A stretch of 64,000 nucleotides of DNA from an uncultured Thiomicrospira sp. (GTDB lineage: Bacteria; Pseudomonadota; Gammaproteobacteria; CAKMZV01): assembly GCA_965195345.1 (NCBI GenBank), contig OZ239628.1, positions 800,001-864,000 on the forward strand, in the 5' to 3' direction. Position numbers and translations under genes: made by a program. The notes beneath the pieces were generated by a model that ran no database searches, had not been told where the DNA came from, and was given only the letters and a program-made list of their open reading frames with translations. Of this stretch, positions 32,133-41,910 are shown in pieces. Within the stretch, counting starts at the first letter, position 1; each line of letters begins with the position of its first letter.

Positions 32133-35100
32133 ATGAAAATGAAACATTTAAAACGTTGGGGATTTCTACTACTATTTGTCTTTCTAACTGCCTGTGGGGA
32201 TGACACAACACCTTTGTCTACTAATATTAACACAACACCAAACTTAAGTCTCTCTGTCAATACCTTAACACTTGATGAAGATTTTGGCACTTTTATCATC
32301 AATACCACTGCTACTGATGCAGAAGATGGGATACTGCCAGTAACCGTATTTGGACAGGCTGGCTTGCTAACCACTGATGTCACTACTGGCCAAATTACGC
32401 TCACTTCCATTGCTAATGCTACCGGCATAGCTACGCTCACAGTGCGTGTTGTTGATAGCGAAAACCTCCCCGTTTCCACCGAAGTGGTGGTGACCGTAAA
32501 CGCCATCGATGATACGCCTGTTTTGACGTTATCAACGACTAACCTCAGTCTCAGTGAAGATTTTGGCACTTTTATTATCAACACTACAGCAACTGATGTA
32601 GAGGATGGTGTATTATCTTTTACAGTATCTGGTCAAGATACAAGTGTATTAACAGTCAGAACTTCCACCAATCAGATAATACTCACCTCCGTTGCTAATG
32701 CCACCGGAACAGTCACACTCACTGTAAGCGCTACCGACAGTGAGGCTCTTACAGCTAACACCGAAGTGGTGGTGATCATCAATGACATCGATGATACTCC
32801 TGTGCTGACAATATCAACAACGAACCTCAGCCTCAGTGAAGACTTTGGCACTTTTATCATCAACACCACTGAGGGTGATATAGAAGATGGTGTATTACCT
32901 TTTACAGTATCTGGTCAAGATGCAAGTATATTAACAGTTAGCACTGCTATCAATCAGATAATACTCACCTCCGTTGCTAATGCCAACGGAACAGTCACAC
33001 TCACTGTAAGTGCTACTGATAGTGAGGATCTTACAGTCTCCACCGAAGTGGTGGTGATTATTAATGCCGTCAATGATACGCCTGTATTGACGCTATCAAC
33101 AACCAACCTTAGCCTCAGTGAAGACTTTGGCACTTTCATCATCAACACCACTGCAAGTGATGCAGAAGATGGCGTGCTTCCCGTTGCAGTGACTGGACAA
33201 GATGCCAGTCTATTCGCCGTAACCACTTCTACCGATCAGATAATACTTACCTCCGTTGCCAATGCCAACGGAACAGCCACGCTCACTGTAAGCATTGTTG
33301 ATAGCGGTAACCTCTCCACTTCCACTGAAGTGGTGGTTGTTGTCAACGCCATCAACGATACGCCTGTATTGACGCTATCAACATCTAACCTCAGTCTCGA
33401 TGAGGATTTTGGCACTTTCATCATCAACACCACTGCATCTGATGCAGAAGATGGTGTGTTATCTTTTACGGTATCTGGTCAAGATGCAAGTGTATTAACA
33501 GTCAGCACTTCTATCAATCAGATAATGCTCACTTCCGTTGCTAATGCTAATGGAACAATGACTCTTACAGTCAGTGCAACCGATCAAGGTGGACTAACGA
33601 CAACGGCAAAAATAACTATTGTCATTAATCCTGTTGATGACAATCCAATACTTAATTTATCAGCAACAAACTTTAACTTACTAATGGATACAGCTGCGGT
33701 GCTCACTGCCTTTGGTGTAGATGTGGATTCAAGCAGTGCCGTGTTGGTCTATTCTGCACAGCAAGAAACACCTCTGTTAAATCAGATACAAATAGCAAGC
33801 AATACCATCGCGCTGGGAGCAGGTAATACTTTAGGCTCAACCACTTTGGTAATCACCGTCACTAATGACAGAGGATTAAGTACTTCTGCAACCGCTCGAG
33901 TTACTGTTTTATCTGCTATTTCGAATACTTTTTTAAATGTAAGTTTAAATGTTAAGCGGATTAACTTTTCTTGGAGTATGCTTCCTGCAGCCAATCATTA
34001 CCGCATGCTCAGCAATGTGAATTTGGCTACAGCGCGTGGCTTTGTTGATGCCAGTAGTGCACATGCAGTGTTTGCACCGAATAGCACCAATATTATCAAT
34101 ACTACAGTCTCTGCGACAGTAAATGTGGCGCGTTATCTTTCTACGGCTGATAGACCAGAGTATCTGCTACAAAGTTGTACGAGTGTGGATAATTCAGCCT
34201 GTTCTACTTATGCACAAGCAGCCCTGAGCAATACTCAAATAAAGGGATTGATTGGTACTTTCAGACCCACTTGGCCAGACTTTGGAGATCAATTTACTGA
34301 AAGTCTGACATTCAATGGCGCTGGTAATATTTTTGTTGCTGGTGCACCTTTTGAAAGCAGTGACTTTACTGGCATCAACACATTTGTTTTAGTAGGTTCA
34401 AACAATAGGGCTAGGGCCTCTGGCGCAGCCTATATTTTTGAGCTTAGTAGCACTGGCACGTGGAGTCAACGAGCTTACCTCAAAGCCTCTAATACAGGAG
34501 TTGGTGATTTCTTTGGTAGAAGTCTGGCAATAAGTGGCGACGGCAATACTTTAGCTGTTGGGGCAACTTTGGAAGACGGCACCTCCACTGGCGTAAACGG
34601 GTATCAATTTAGCGATAATGAACTTCAATCCGGTGCAGTTTATGTTTTTGTGCGTAGTAGTGCCGGTGCATGGAGCCAGCAAGCGTACATAAAAGCTTCT
34701 AATACAGAAATGTATGAACAATTTGGTAGAGCTCTAACAGTCAGCAGTAACGGCAATACCATCTTTGTTGGTGTCCCTCGTGAGGCTACTGGATTAGACG
34801 GCGATCAAACAAGAAACGGTGCACCTCAATCTGGCGGAGTCTATGTTTTTGAGCGCAACAGTTCGAGCGTATGGAGCCAAACAGCTTTAATCAAAGCTTC
34901 TAATTTACAGGCTGGTGACAATTTTGGTGAGGCTGTATCGGTAAGCAGTGACGGCAATGTTTTACTTGTTGGTGCCCCTTTTGAAGCCAGTCTCGCTACT
35001 GGAATTAACGGAGATCAAACAAACAATGCTGGAAATGACACTGGCGCAGCTTATCTTTTTGTCCGTAGTAGCACTGGTTCGTGGAACCAACAAGCCTACA

Positions 35101-35648
35101 TCAAAGCCTCAAATCCAGAGGAATTTGATGTTTTTGGTGCCAGAGTAGCGATAAGTGGTGATGGTAATACCCTAGCCGTTGGAGCGGATTCAGAAGATAG
35201 CAACGCCACTGGAATCAATGGCGATCAAACGAACAATGATGCACTTCAATCCGGTGCAGTCTATGTTTATGCTCGTAGTGGTACCGATACATGGGCACAA
35301 CAAGCCTACATCAAAGCCTCTAATACAGACGCATACGATTTCTTCGGTTCAGATCTTTCAATAAGTGATGATGGTAATAGCTTAACCGTTGGCGCACCTG
35401 GGGAAGACAGCAGTAGCAATGCCATCAATGGGGATCAAATAAACAATAATGTAAATGGCTCTGGTGCAGCTTATCTTTTTGTCCGTAGCAGTAATGGCAC
35501 ATGGAGCCAACAAGCCTATATCAAAAGCCCATTCGCTGTCTCAGGAGTTACACTTGGCACAAGTGTTTCAATGAGCGGTGATAGCAATGCAATAGCCATC
35601 GGTGCATTTAGATTTGACAATAATGCTGGTGAAGTGTATTTATATTAG
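32133..35648 (+). CDS. Lipoprotein adhesin, copy 7: ~6 cadherin-like repeats and the most divergent FG-GAP propeller
   Basis: Lipobox FLTA-C-GDD with no poly-Gly; neck LNVKRINFSW...; ends GEVYLY. Confidence 0.87.
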   Translation: MKMKHLKRWGFLLLFVFLTACGDDTTPLSTNINTTPNLSLSVNTLTLDEDFGTFIINTTATDAEDGILPVTVFGQAGLLTTDVTTGQITLTSIANATGIATLTVRVVDSENLPVSTEVVVTVNAIDDTPVLTLSTTNLSLSEDFGTFIINTTATDVEDGVLSFTVSGQDTSVLTVRTSTNQIILTSVANATGTVTLTVSATDSEALTANTEVVVIINDIDDTPVLTISTTNLSLSEDFGTFIINTTEGDIEDGVLPFTVSGQDASILTVSTAINQIILTSVANANGTVTLTVSATDSEDLTVSTEVVVIINAVNDTPVLTLSTTNLSLSEDFGTFIINTTASDAEDGVLPVAVTGQDASLFAVTTSTDQIILTSVANANGTATLTVSIVDSGNLSTSTEVVVVVNAINDTPVLTLSTSNLSLDEDFGTFIINTTASDAEDGVLSFTVSGQDASVLTVSTSINQIMLTSVANANGTMTLTVSATDQGGLTTTAKITIVINPVDDNPILNLSATNFNLLMDTAAVLTAFGVDVDSSSAVLVYSAQQETPLLNQIQIASNTIALGAGNTLGSTTLVITVTNDRGLSTSATARVTVLSAISNTFLNVSLNVKRINFSWSMLPAANHYRMLSNVNLATARGFVDASSAHAVFAPNSTNIINTTVSATVNVARYLSTADRPEYLLQSCTSVDNSACSTYAQAALSNTQIKGLIGTFRPTWPDFGDQFTESLTFNGAGNIFVAGAPFESSDFTGINTFVLVGSNNRARASGAAYIFELSSTGTWSQRAYLKASNTGVGDFFGRSLAISGDGNTLAVGATLEDGTSTGVNGYQFSDNELQSGAVYVFVRSSAGAWSQQAYIKASNTEMYEQFGRALTVSSNGNTIFVGVPREATGLDGDQTRNGAPQSGGVYVFERNSSSVWSQTALIKASNLQAGDNFGEAVSVSSDGNVLLVGAPFEASLATGINGDQTNNAGNDTGAAYLFVRSSTGSWNQQAYIKASNPEEFDVFGARVAISGDGNTLAVGADSEDSNATGINGDQTNNDALQSGAVYVYARSGTDTWAQQAYIKASNTDAYDFFGSDLSISDDGNSLTVGAPGEDSSSNAINGDQINNNVNGSGAAYLFVRSSNGTWSQQAYIKSPFAVSGVTLGTSVSMSGDSNAIAIGAFRFDNNAGEVYLY

Positions 35649-35859
35649 AGTACTTAGATAGCTAAAAGGCAACTTGAATCGCCTGTAATAACCTCAAGAT
35701 TATTTGTTCATCAGGGGGACAGGCATTTATATTTTTCATTTAACGTTTATTGTTTTAGCATGTAAGTAATCCTTGTACGCATGGTCATGCGTATAAATTA
35801 AAAGAATTCAAATTGTCGCAGTATAAAATATGAGCTTTTATCAAGCACATGAACTGAGC

Positions 35860-35914
35860 GGGACAACACAAATCAAATAATCATAATCAGTGATTTGGGA
35901 CTGTATGTGGATGC
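35860..35914. mobile_element. Degenerate att-arm-like remnant homologous to the sequence beside the tRNA 3' end
   Basis: gggaca...aatc...aataa...cagtgatttgggactgtatgtggatgc aligns with gggacactataaatccaacaataa...cagtgatttggggctatatggggatgc at ~62579-62639. Confidence 0.6.
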
Positions 35915-36400
35915 GAGATTTCCACTTAAGTATTTAGGCATACAGGAAAAAGATGGAGTAGGCAAAGTGAAGAATTGCCTTTACATAGAGTTTTAGATTT
36001 AGCTAATCTGGTTCTATCAGCGTATTTACAGAAAAAAGGTAATTATGTGCAAAATACGATTTTAGAAGAAGAAATTGTTGAACCAAGCGAGTATGAGAAA
36101 ATACAAAAAGTATATAGAAGACAGTGAATATCTGACAGAAAGGACAAGAGAGTTAAAAAAGACTTTAGAGGAAATCCAAAAATAACTTTATACAACAATT
36201 TTTAGAGCAAATAATAAAACCGTATATTCTTTGCAAGTAATTCCAAAAGATGTAGAGTCACCTATTAAAGGCAGCTTGAATGAGAGGTATAATTTACGCA
36301 TAGTAAACTCCTATCTTGCTATTGTAGAATTTTCTACTTATCCCGACAACTTCTTTTAGGGGGCATTACACTCACGCTTAAATTCAGTTGGATTTTCAAT

Positions 36401-36800
36401 TTATACAGGTTTATTTTGTAATTTTAAAAGTGGTTCTTTTTGTCTATATTCTTGACGCTTATTTTTATCAGAATCATCATCGATACATTGTTCTGAATCA
36501 GCAAAGATGACAATTGATTTACCTGCACTTTTAGAACTCTGATAAGCTATTCCATCAATTCTCTCATCTTGTTTTGTGAAAACATTATTTTTAATGTATT
36601 CAGTCACTACTTGAGTAGGAACATAATCAATGTCTTCTTTGCCATCTTTTTCAATAGGTTTAGAAAAATCTTTTAAAAATTCATCAATAAAAATTAGTTC
36701 ATCTCTATTGCGATTTTTATGTTCATCAAATAAACTAGGAATTTCCTCTACATCTGTTAAATCTATGATGTTGATTTTCCCAACAGGTTTAAAAGCGACG
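36401..36800 (-). pseudogene. C-terminal fragment of a RES-domain protein
   Basis: Frame extends upstream of the called ORF: IIDLTDVEEIPSLFDE...FLKDFSKPIEKDGKEDIDYVPTQVVTEYIK...IDGIAYQSS, typical RES C-terminal motifs. The N-terminus is absent. Confidence 0.7.
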
Positions 36801-37094
36801 CAATAGACAAATAGGTTTGTTGTTTATGTACTCAACTATTCTTTTGGGATTCTGTTTTAGAGATACCGTATCGTGAATATCAATAGGCCCATAAATACCT
36901 GTTGTCATCATTAAAGGTATTCCTTGAGCATCACCACGAAGCACCACAGCTTGATTTAAGAAATTGAAATTCTTCTCCAATACTTTTGGGTTAACTTGAT
37001 TCTTACAATATTGCCAACGTGGTTCTTGCAAAATTTTCTCACGCTGTTTGGGCGTGTATATGATGTTTTCTTTTGGTTTTGGAACGTGACTCAT
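36789..37094 (-). CDS. Hypothetical protein, probably the N-terminal fragment of a larger gene
   Basis: 101-aa ORF with an AGGA RBS upstream; abuts the RES fragment; no motif recognised. Confidence 0.35.
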   Translation of the reverse strand: MSHVPKPKENIIYTPKQREKILQEPRWQYCKNQVNPKVLEKNFNFLNQAVVLRGDAQGIPLMMTTGIYGPIDIHDTVSLKQNPKRIVEYINNKPICLLRRF

Positions 37095-37367
37095 TAAAAA
37101 TGGTTCCTATGTTGTAGTCTTTTGACAGATTGGTTTTGAGAAGATTGCACTATAAACTCCCTTTTTTTAGTATTTCAAAATGCCATTTTTATTGGGTATA
37201 GGTCCTGGTATGCTCTATGATTACAATGGATTTATAGATGGTGACGATGAAAAATTTCTAAATCTTATGGTTTTTAGTAACCTTATTTTTGTAAGAGTCC
37301 AATCTCTCAACAATTGATGATAGGTCTTATCTAGTTAAGAGGGTCATTTCTAAGTTTTTTAAGTAAT

Positions 37368-38429
37368 TTAAATTTCAGAACGTCTTTGCCAGAATGGACT
37401 ATCAATCCATCTTGATTCCATGTTGTAATAGTTTTTTTTGTGGTTTAAGTACTGTTGCCAAACACCCTCCATTTGTTGTTGATACTTGATGTGGATAGGT
37501 TGATTACTTTGAATAAGCTCAGATAGTTGCATTCCACTTGCCATTGCATGAAATATTCCTTGAGATGATAGTGGATCAAAACTGAGAGAAGAATCTCCTA
37601 TAGCTGCCCAATTTGCATCACAAAACTGTCTTAAACGCGTTGAATTTGCAGGGACAATTCCGCTTTCGTGTATGGTTATTTCTCCATTAAGTACATCTAA
37701 TAGCTTGCTCATCTGAGGAGAAAGTCTGCTATATTCAATAAGTGCATTTGGCTTCTTCTTTAAAGAGTCATCCATCAAGTCAGAATCTGTCTGAAAGGCG
37801 ATGATACGCCTTTGATTAGGTATTGGTACACTATACCACCACCCGTTTTTATCAGCTATAACATGACCATAAGCTTTATGATTATTATTGGTTATACATG
37901 CCCAACATGAAATCAGCTTGTCAAAGCTTTGACGTTCGATTTTAATACTTCGAGTAAATGGAGATGCTCGCCCTCCAGCATCAATGATGAATGGAGCAGA
38001 AATGTTATTTTTAGACGAGGTAGTGATGTTCCATTGACCCTCTTGGGTTTTGGCATGTAAGAATTTTTGATCCCATAAACAATGGATGTTACCTTGTATT
38101 ACTTTTTTGCGAAAGAAGCTTTCGAAAGCCTTTCTATCTATAAACCAACCGAGTCCGTCAGGATTGAAAATATGATCGACATACTGCACCCTATCGCTTC
38201 CCCAATAGGAATGAAACCCAGGGTTAGTAAGATGGTTTTCATGAATAAAATCATCATATATTTTTAAGTTTTTTAAAATTCGTTGACACGCTGGAGGTAA
38301 TGATTCTCCTATTTTTGATTTGGCTTGTATATTTTGATCAATCAGTACAACCTTATGTGTCATTTCTAGTGCTAGTGCTGCTGTACAACCAGCAATACCA
38401 GCACCAATGATGACGACGTCTGAGTGTAT
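37368..38429 (-). CDS. LodB/GoxB-like FAD-dependent oxidoreductase (CTQ cofactor maturase)
   Basis: In-frame extension above the called Met gives IHSDVVIIGAGIAG (Rossmann GxGxxG). Also KIGESLPP, IDAGGR and IGDSSLSFDPLSSQG motifs. Lies directly downstream of the lodA-like gene. Confidence 0.82.
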   Translation of the reverse strand: MHSDVVIIGAGIAGCTAALALEMTHKVVLIDQNIQAKSKIGESLPPACQRILKNLKIYDDFIHENHLTNPGFHSYWGSDRVQYVDHIFNPDGLGWFIDRKAFESFFRKKVIQGNIHCLWDQKFLHAKTQEGQWNITTSSKNNISAPFIIDAGGRASPFTRSIKIERQSFDKLISCWACITNNNHKAYGHVIADKNGWWYSVPIPNQRRIIAFQTDSDLMDDSLKKKPNALIEYSRLSPQMSKLLDVLNGEITIHESGIVPANSTRLRQFCDANWAAIGDSSLSFDPLSSQGIFHAMASGMQLSELIQSNQPIHIKYQQQMEGVWQQYLNHKKNYYNMESRWIDSPFWQRRSEI

Positions 38430-41368
38430 TATCTTCTTGGAGATAAACGCCTGACTAATTCAATATTCGATAAATCAACTTTACGATGATGCGTTTCTCC
38501 ATGCATTGATCCATCGTCATTTAGTGGTTTTATTGAACTCGTTTTTTTGCTTTGATCTTTTGTTAGACCTACTTGCATCATTGGAGGAAACTGAGTGTCG
38601 TTCTCAACCCCAGACTGAACTTGAACAATCGCTAATTTATCAAAGTGATCAATCATTGAGTTTATTTGCTTTGTATAAGTGACAGGTTCATCTATTGGAA
38701 GGTCATCTAACCAAGCCGTGCGATAAGCAAAGGATTGTAAACGTTCTTGCTCTGATAATGAACGATCTATTGTTTTATCATACATAGCTTGACTCAAGAT
38801 GTTGTTAGGCACTCTTGCAGGCCAAAAGGTGGGTACATAGGGATCGTATTGTGGTTCATAACCATCTCGACAACTCGCTGTATCACATTGCCAAGGTATA
38901 GCCATCCAACGGGTTATAGCTCCTGCAGTCTGTCCTCCCATTAATGGTCCTTTAGGTAGCGTGATGACACTATTGTTTAAAAGAGGACCGTAATAATGAC
39001 CATTAGTTGGTTCAGTTTTTTTTGCATGTTTTATGCGAAAGGGACTTATGTACATGTCTGGGGTGCGCATAGGCCATGTCATCTCACAACCAGGGTGAAA
39101 AGCATCAGCTAAACAGAAGTCCATTGAGGCTTTAGTCAGCATGTCTGGTTGTTGATTAATAGGTAAATCTTCAATTTCTTGTGGATGAGTTGATAGATTA
39201 TCAGGATCGTAGTCTGCTTCAAAATCTCCTTCTACCCATTGAGCTAAGAAGGATAACTGTAATTCAGATAGAGTGGCATTTTGCCTAACAGAATCGGTTG
39301 GAGGGATATTCATTGCATCACCATATATCCACGGCCATAGTTGAGGGGCTGTTGCTCCAGCAGCATCATAACGACGAAAGTTATTATTGATTGTTTTTCG
39401 TAATTCGTAGAACGATGATGATGGATTGCTTAATTTTTTCAACCATTCTAGCGTTGTGAAATTAAACTGTCCTCCCCATCCAAAAGCGGCAGCAAACCCT
39501 GCATTAACCCATTGCAAATCAGTCATACGTTGGAAGATAGGTAAAATATCGTTCTTAAATGAAGGGCGAGCAGGGCGCTTGAGTGTTCCAGATTGAATAG
39601 CAACATCGCGCATTAAATCCCACATTGTGCGAGTTGATTTTTGCATTGGAGCAAAATCAGGTGGTGCACTAATAACCCAAGCAGGTTCAACTCTTAATTC
39701 AACACCGTTTAATTTAACTTTTGCTTTGACGGGACCGTCGGCAATGTCATCATACCATCCCTCATTGTTAGCGAATGTGACCGCCATATCTCCCTTAACA
39801 TTTTTCGAAACTCCATGCCCACCTAACATAATCAATCGTCCGTCTTCATCAGTTTGCATTTCTCCAAGATAAACCTCATCGTCCATAAAGCGACCAACGA
39901 AACTGAATTTTGAGTGATCTTTAGTATTCTTATCGGATATTTTATGTCCACCACCGTCTATTAAAAGTTTAGTACGGTCAGCAATATCATTATTGCGTAA
40001 TAGAGAGGGAGGGGCGTGTGCTGCTTCAGGAATGTCTAAGGCAAGCTGAAATTCGTACCATGAAGCTTTTTGATTTGCTAAGTGTACTTCCCACTCAATT
40101 TCTGCATTGTTCAATGTTAGTTCTTTTACAGCTTTTCCTGCTGCATTAAATCCGTATATTCTAAATTTTGCAGCCTGTCTTTTAAGCTTACCTGAAGTAT
40201 CACGGTACGCATTTTTATCTGCTCTTGCAATTGGGTTATCAACCTCGGGGCCTATAAAATACGCTTCTTTACTATTTCCAACCCGCATCACGCCTATAGG
40301 GGGATAAATTCCGGCATAAACAATACAGTCGCTTGTATCATCTTCGTTATCTTTAAAAGGTGGATTGATTTTTTCAGGTTCATATAATTGTTGCCCGTTG
40401 GCTTGATGTCGTGCTTTAGCACTTGCTTTATAAACTACTTTTCGAGCATCTGCTATGCTTCCCAAAGGTTCATGTGCTGGTAGAGTTCTCCATATATTAA
40501 ATGCCAGATTCTCTCCAAACTCTTCTTGTCCGATAGCACAAATATCTTGTTTTGGTAGATGTAGTTCTGCAATACATATGTAAGGACTTTTCTGTGTAGA
40601 CCAAACTGATTGAGCATCATCAATTGGCATATTATTATCAGTTCGCAGTTGAACTTCAAAACGAAACTTAGCTGAATCATTACGCAGACGGTTTTGTAAA
40701 TCGTAACCCAGATAATTTAGATTATCAAATGGGGCTCCACCTGTGGTTTTGTCAGGAACGAGTCGGTATTTAACAATTTGGTGATTGCCGAGTTTAAACG
40801 GTAGTATCGCCCAATAGCTCGCCGTAAGACAACTTGCTTCAATTTTTTGCATTTCATCTAATATTTCGGCTACTTTCGGGTGATGTTTCAGATAACTTGG
40901 ATAATTATGGTCAATAGCACCGGCAGTAGTAAATTCGCACATTTGCTTTGCATCAGAGGCAAAAAAATGGTCGATGTTTTGAAAAATGAAATCTGCATTA
41001 TTGCTCTCTCCCAACAGATTTTCTCCAGAAACTCCAAACAATTTTAATCCTACTCCAAGGGTTGAGTGCAGGTCAGGTGCATTGGGTGCTGTATCGCTTG
41101 AAAAGCGAACGACACAGTCATAATGATTGCCGTCAAATATACCAATTTTGAAATGCTTATTAATGTCTTGATTGATGATAAATTGACCGTAGGCAATACC
41201 ATGTTGCTTTCTAAATACTGCTCGTCTGGCAGGTTTTGAACCTTTTTCAATACTATGCTTTTGACCAAACTCGACGAACATTTCTTTGAGTTTTTCTGTA
41301 GCATCGCGTTTGCAATCCCAACATTTAATATTGTTGGCTGAATGTTTAGTCAATGTAGATTTTTTCAT
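38429..41368 (-). CDS. Catalase-related heme domain fused to a LodA/GoxA-family CTQ-dependent amino-acid oxidase
   Basis: N-terminal RRAVFRKQHG, VRFSS, GVGLKLFGV, FNIWRTLPAHEPLGSIADARKVVY (small catalase-like). Then IYPPIGVMRVGNS, KRQAAKFRIY, HLANQKASWY, NNEGWYDDIADGPV, FHPGCEMTW and MAIPWQCDTASC...FWPARVP (LodA-family CTQ motifs). Confidence 0.88.
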   Translation of the reverse strand: MKKSTLTKHSANNIKCWDCKRDATEKLKEMFVEFGQKHSIEKGSKPARRAVFRKQHGIAYGQFIINQDINKHFKIGIFDGNHYDCVVRFSSDTAPNAPDLHSTLGVGLKLFGVSGENLLGESNNADFIFQNIDHFFASDAKQMCEFTTAGAIDHNYPSYLKHHPKVAEILDEMQKIEASCLTASYWAILPFKLGNHQIVKYRLVPDKTTGGAPFDNLNYLGYDLQNRLRNDSAKFRFEVQLRTDNNMPIDDAQSVWSTQKSPYICIAELHLPKQDICAIGQEEFGENLAFNIWRTLPAHEPLGSIADARKVVYKASAKARHQANGQQLYEPEKINPPFKDNEDDTSDCIVYAGIYPPIGVMRVGNSKEAYFIGPEVDNPIARADKNAYRDTSGKLKRQAAKFRIYGFNAAGKAVKELTLNNAEIEWEVHLANQKASWYEFQLALDIPEAAHAPPSLLRNNDIADRTKLLIDGGGHKISDKNTKDHSKFSFVGRFMDDEVYLGEMQTDEDGRLIMLGGHGVSKNVKGDMAVTFANNEGWYDDIADGPVKAKVKLNGVELRVEPAWVISAPPDFAPMQKSTRTMWDLMRDVAIQSGTLKRPARPSFKNDILPIFQRMTDLQWVNAGFAAAFGWGGQFNFTTLEWLKKLSNPSSSFYELRKTINNNFRRYDAAGATAPQLWPWIYGDAMNIPPTDSVRQNATLSELQLSFLAQWVEGDFEADYDPDNLSTHPQEIEDLPINQQPDMLTKASMDFCLADAFHPGCEMTWPMRTPDMYISPFRIKHAKKTEPTNGHYYGPLLNNSVITLPKGPLMGGQTAGAITRWMAIPWQCDTASCRDGYEPQYDPYVPTFWPARVPNNILSQAMYDKTIDRSLSEQERLQSFAYRTAWLDDLPIDEPVTYTKQINSMIDHFDKLAIVQVQSGVENDTQFPPMMQVGLTKDQSKKTSSIKPLNDDGSMHGETHHRKVDLSNIELVRRLSPRR

Positions 41369-41880
41369 GAAGATGTTTAATGTGTAATGAAATTAATATA
41401 AATATATAATATCGTGATAATAAGCCAACAGTATTAATTACAATTAATTGGAACTGCCAGAATAATAACTCATGACTTTTAGTATACATGAATTCTCTGC
41501 ACTCAATTCATTTTTTAATCAATAAAATTGATGTTGAACCGAAATATTCTATAAGAAAAAATGATATTGCAGACCGTACTAAACTTTTAATGCATATCAC
41601 TGCGTTTGCAATAGTTATAGGGATTCAAACATGATTTTTTGAATTCCTCTACTGTAAGAATAAGACGGCTGTATTTAGAGTTAGAACGTTTTGTTTTAGT
41701 CCTGAATGCAAGCAGGACTAAAGCACATTAAATGGAGTTGATATGGATACTTATTCTGATTTGTGTAGATTAGTAAGTACACCAAAAAAAGGGTGAGTAA
41801 AAAAGGCTGATAAAAAACAAAGTCAGTCGGTATATACAGATAGTTTGTTTTTTAGTGGTCATTTTATATTCATTAATTTC

Positions 41881-41910
41881 AAAGCCCTAACTTCGGTTAG
41901 GGTTTTTGTT
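41881..41910 (+). terminator. Rho-independent terminator-like hairpin
   Basis: aaagccctaac-TTCG-gttagggtttttgtt: stem, UUCG tetraloop and U-tract. Confidence 0.7.

Noticed and set aside
570-33994. Dozens of minus-strand and alternate-frame ORFs (e.g. MVTANRLASCPVTATG..., MMVIPWSLV...)
   Set aside because: They are shadows of the repetitive adhesin coding strand, recurring with the same period and lacking independent motifs.
403-35856. Integron attC sites in the conserved intergenic unit (e.g. ACTTAAC...GTTATAA)
   Set aside because: The inverted repeat spans only ~30 nt, shorter than attC sites, the right end does not fit GTTRRRY, and no integron integrase is visible.
35950-36190. Coding-like stretch (…DLANLVLSAYLQKKG…ELKKTLEEIQK)
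   Set aside because: Frameshifted, with no start and no recognisable motif; unassignable debris.
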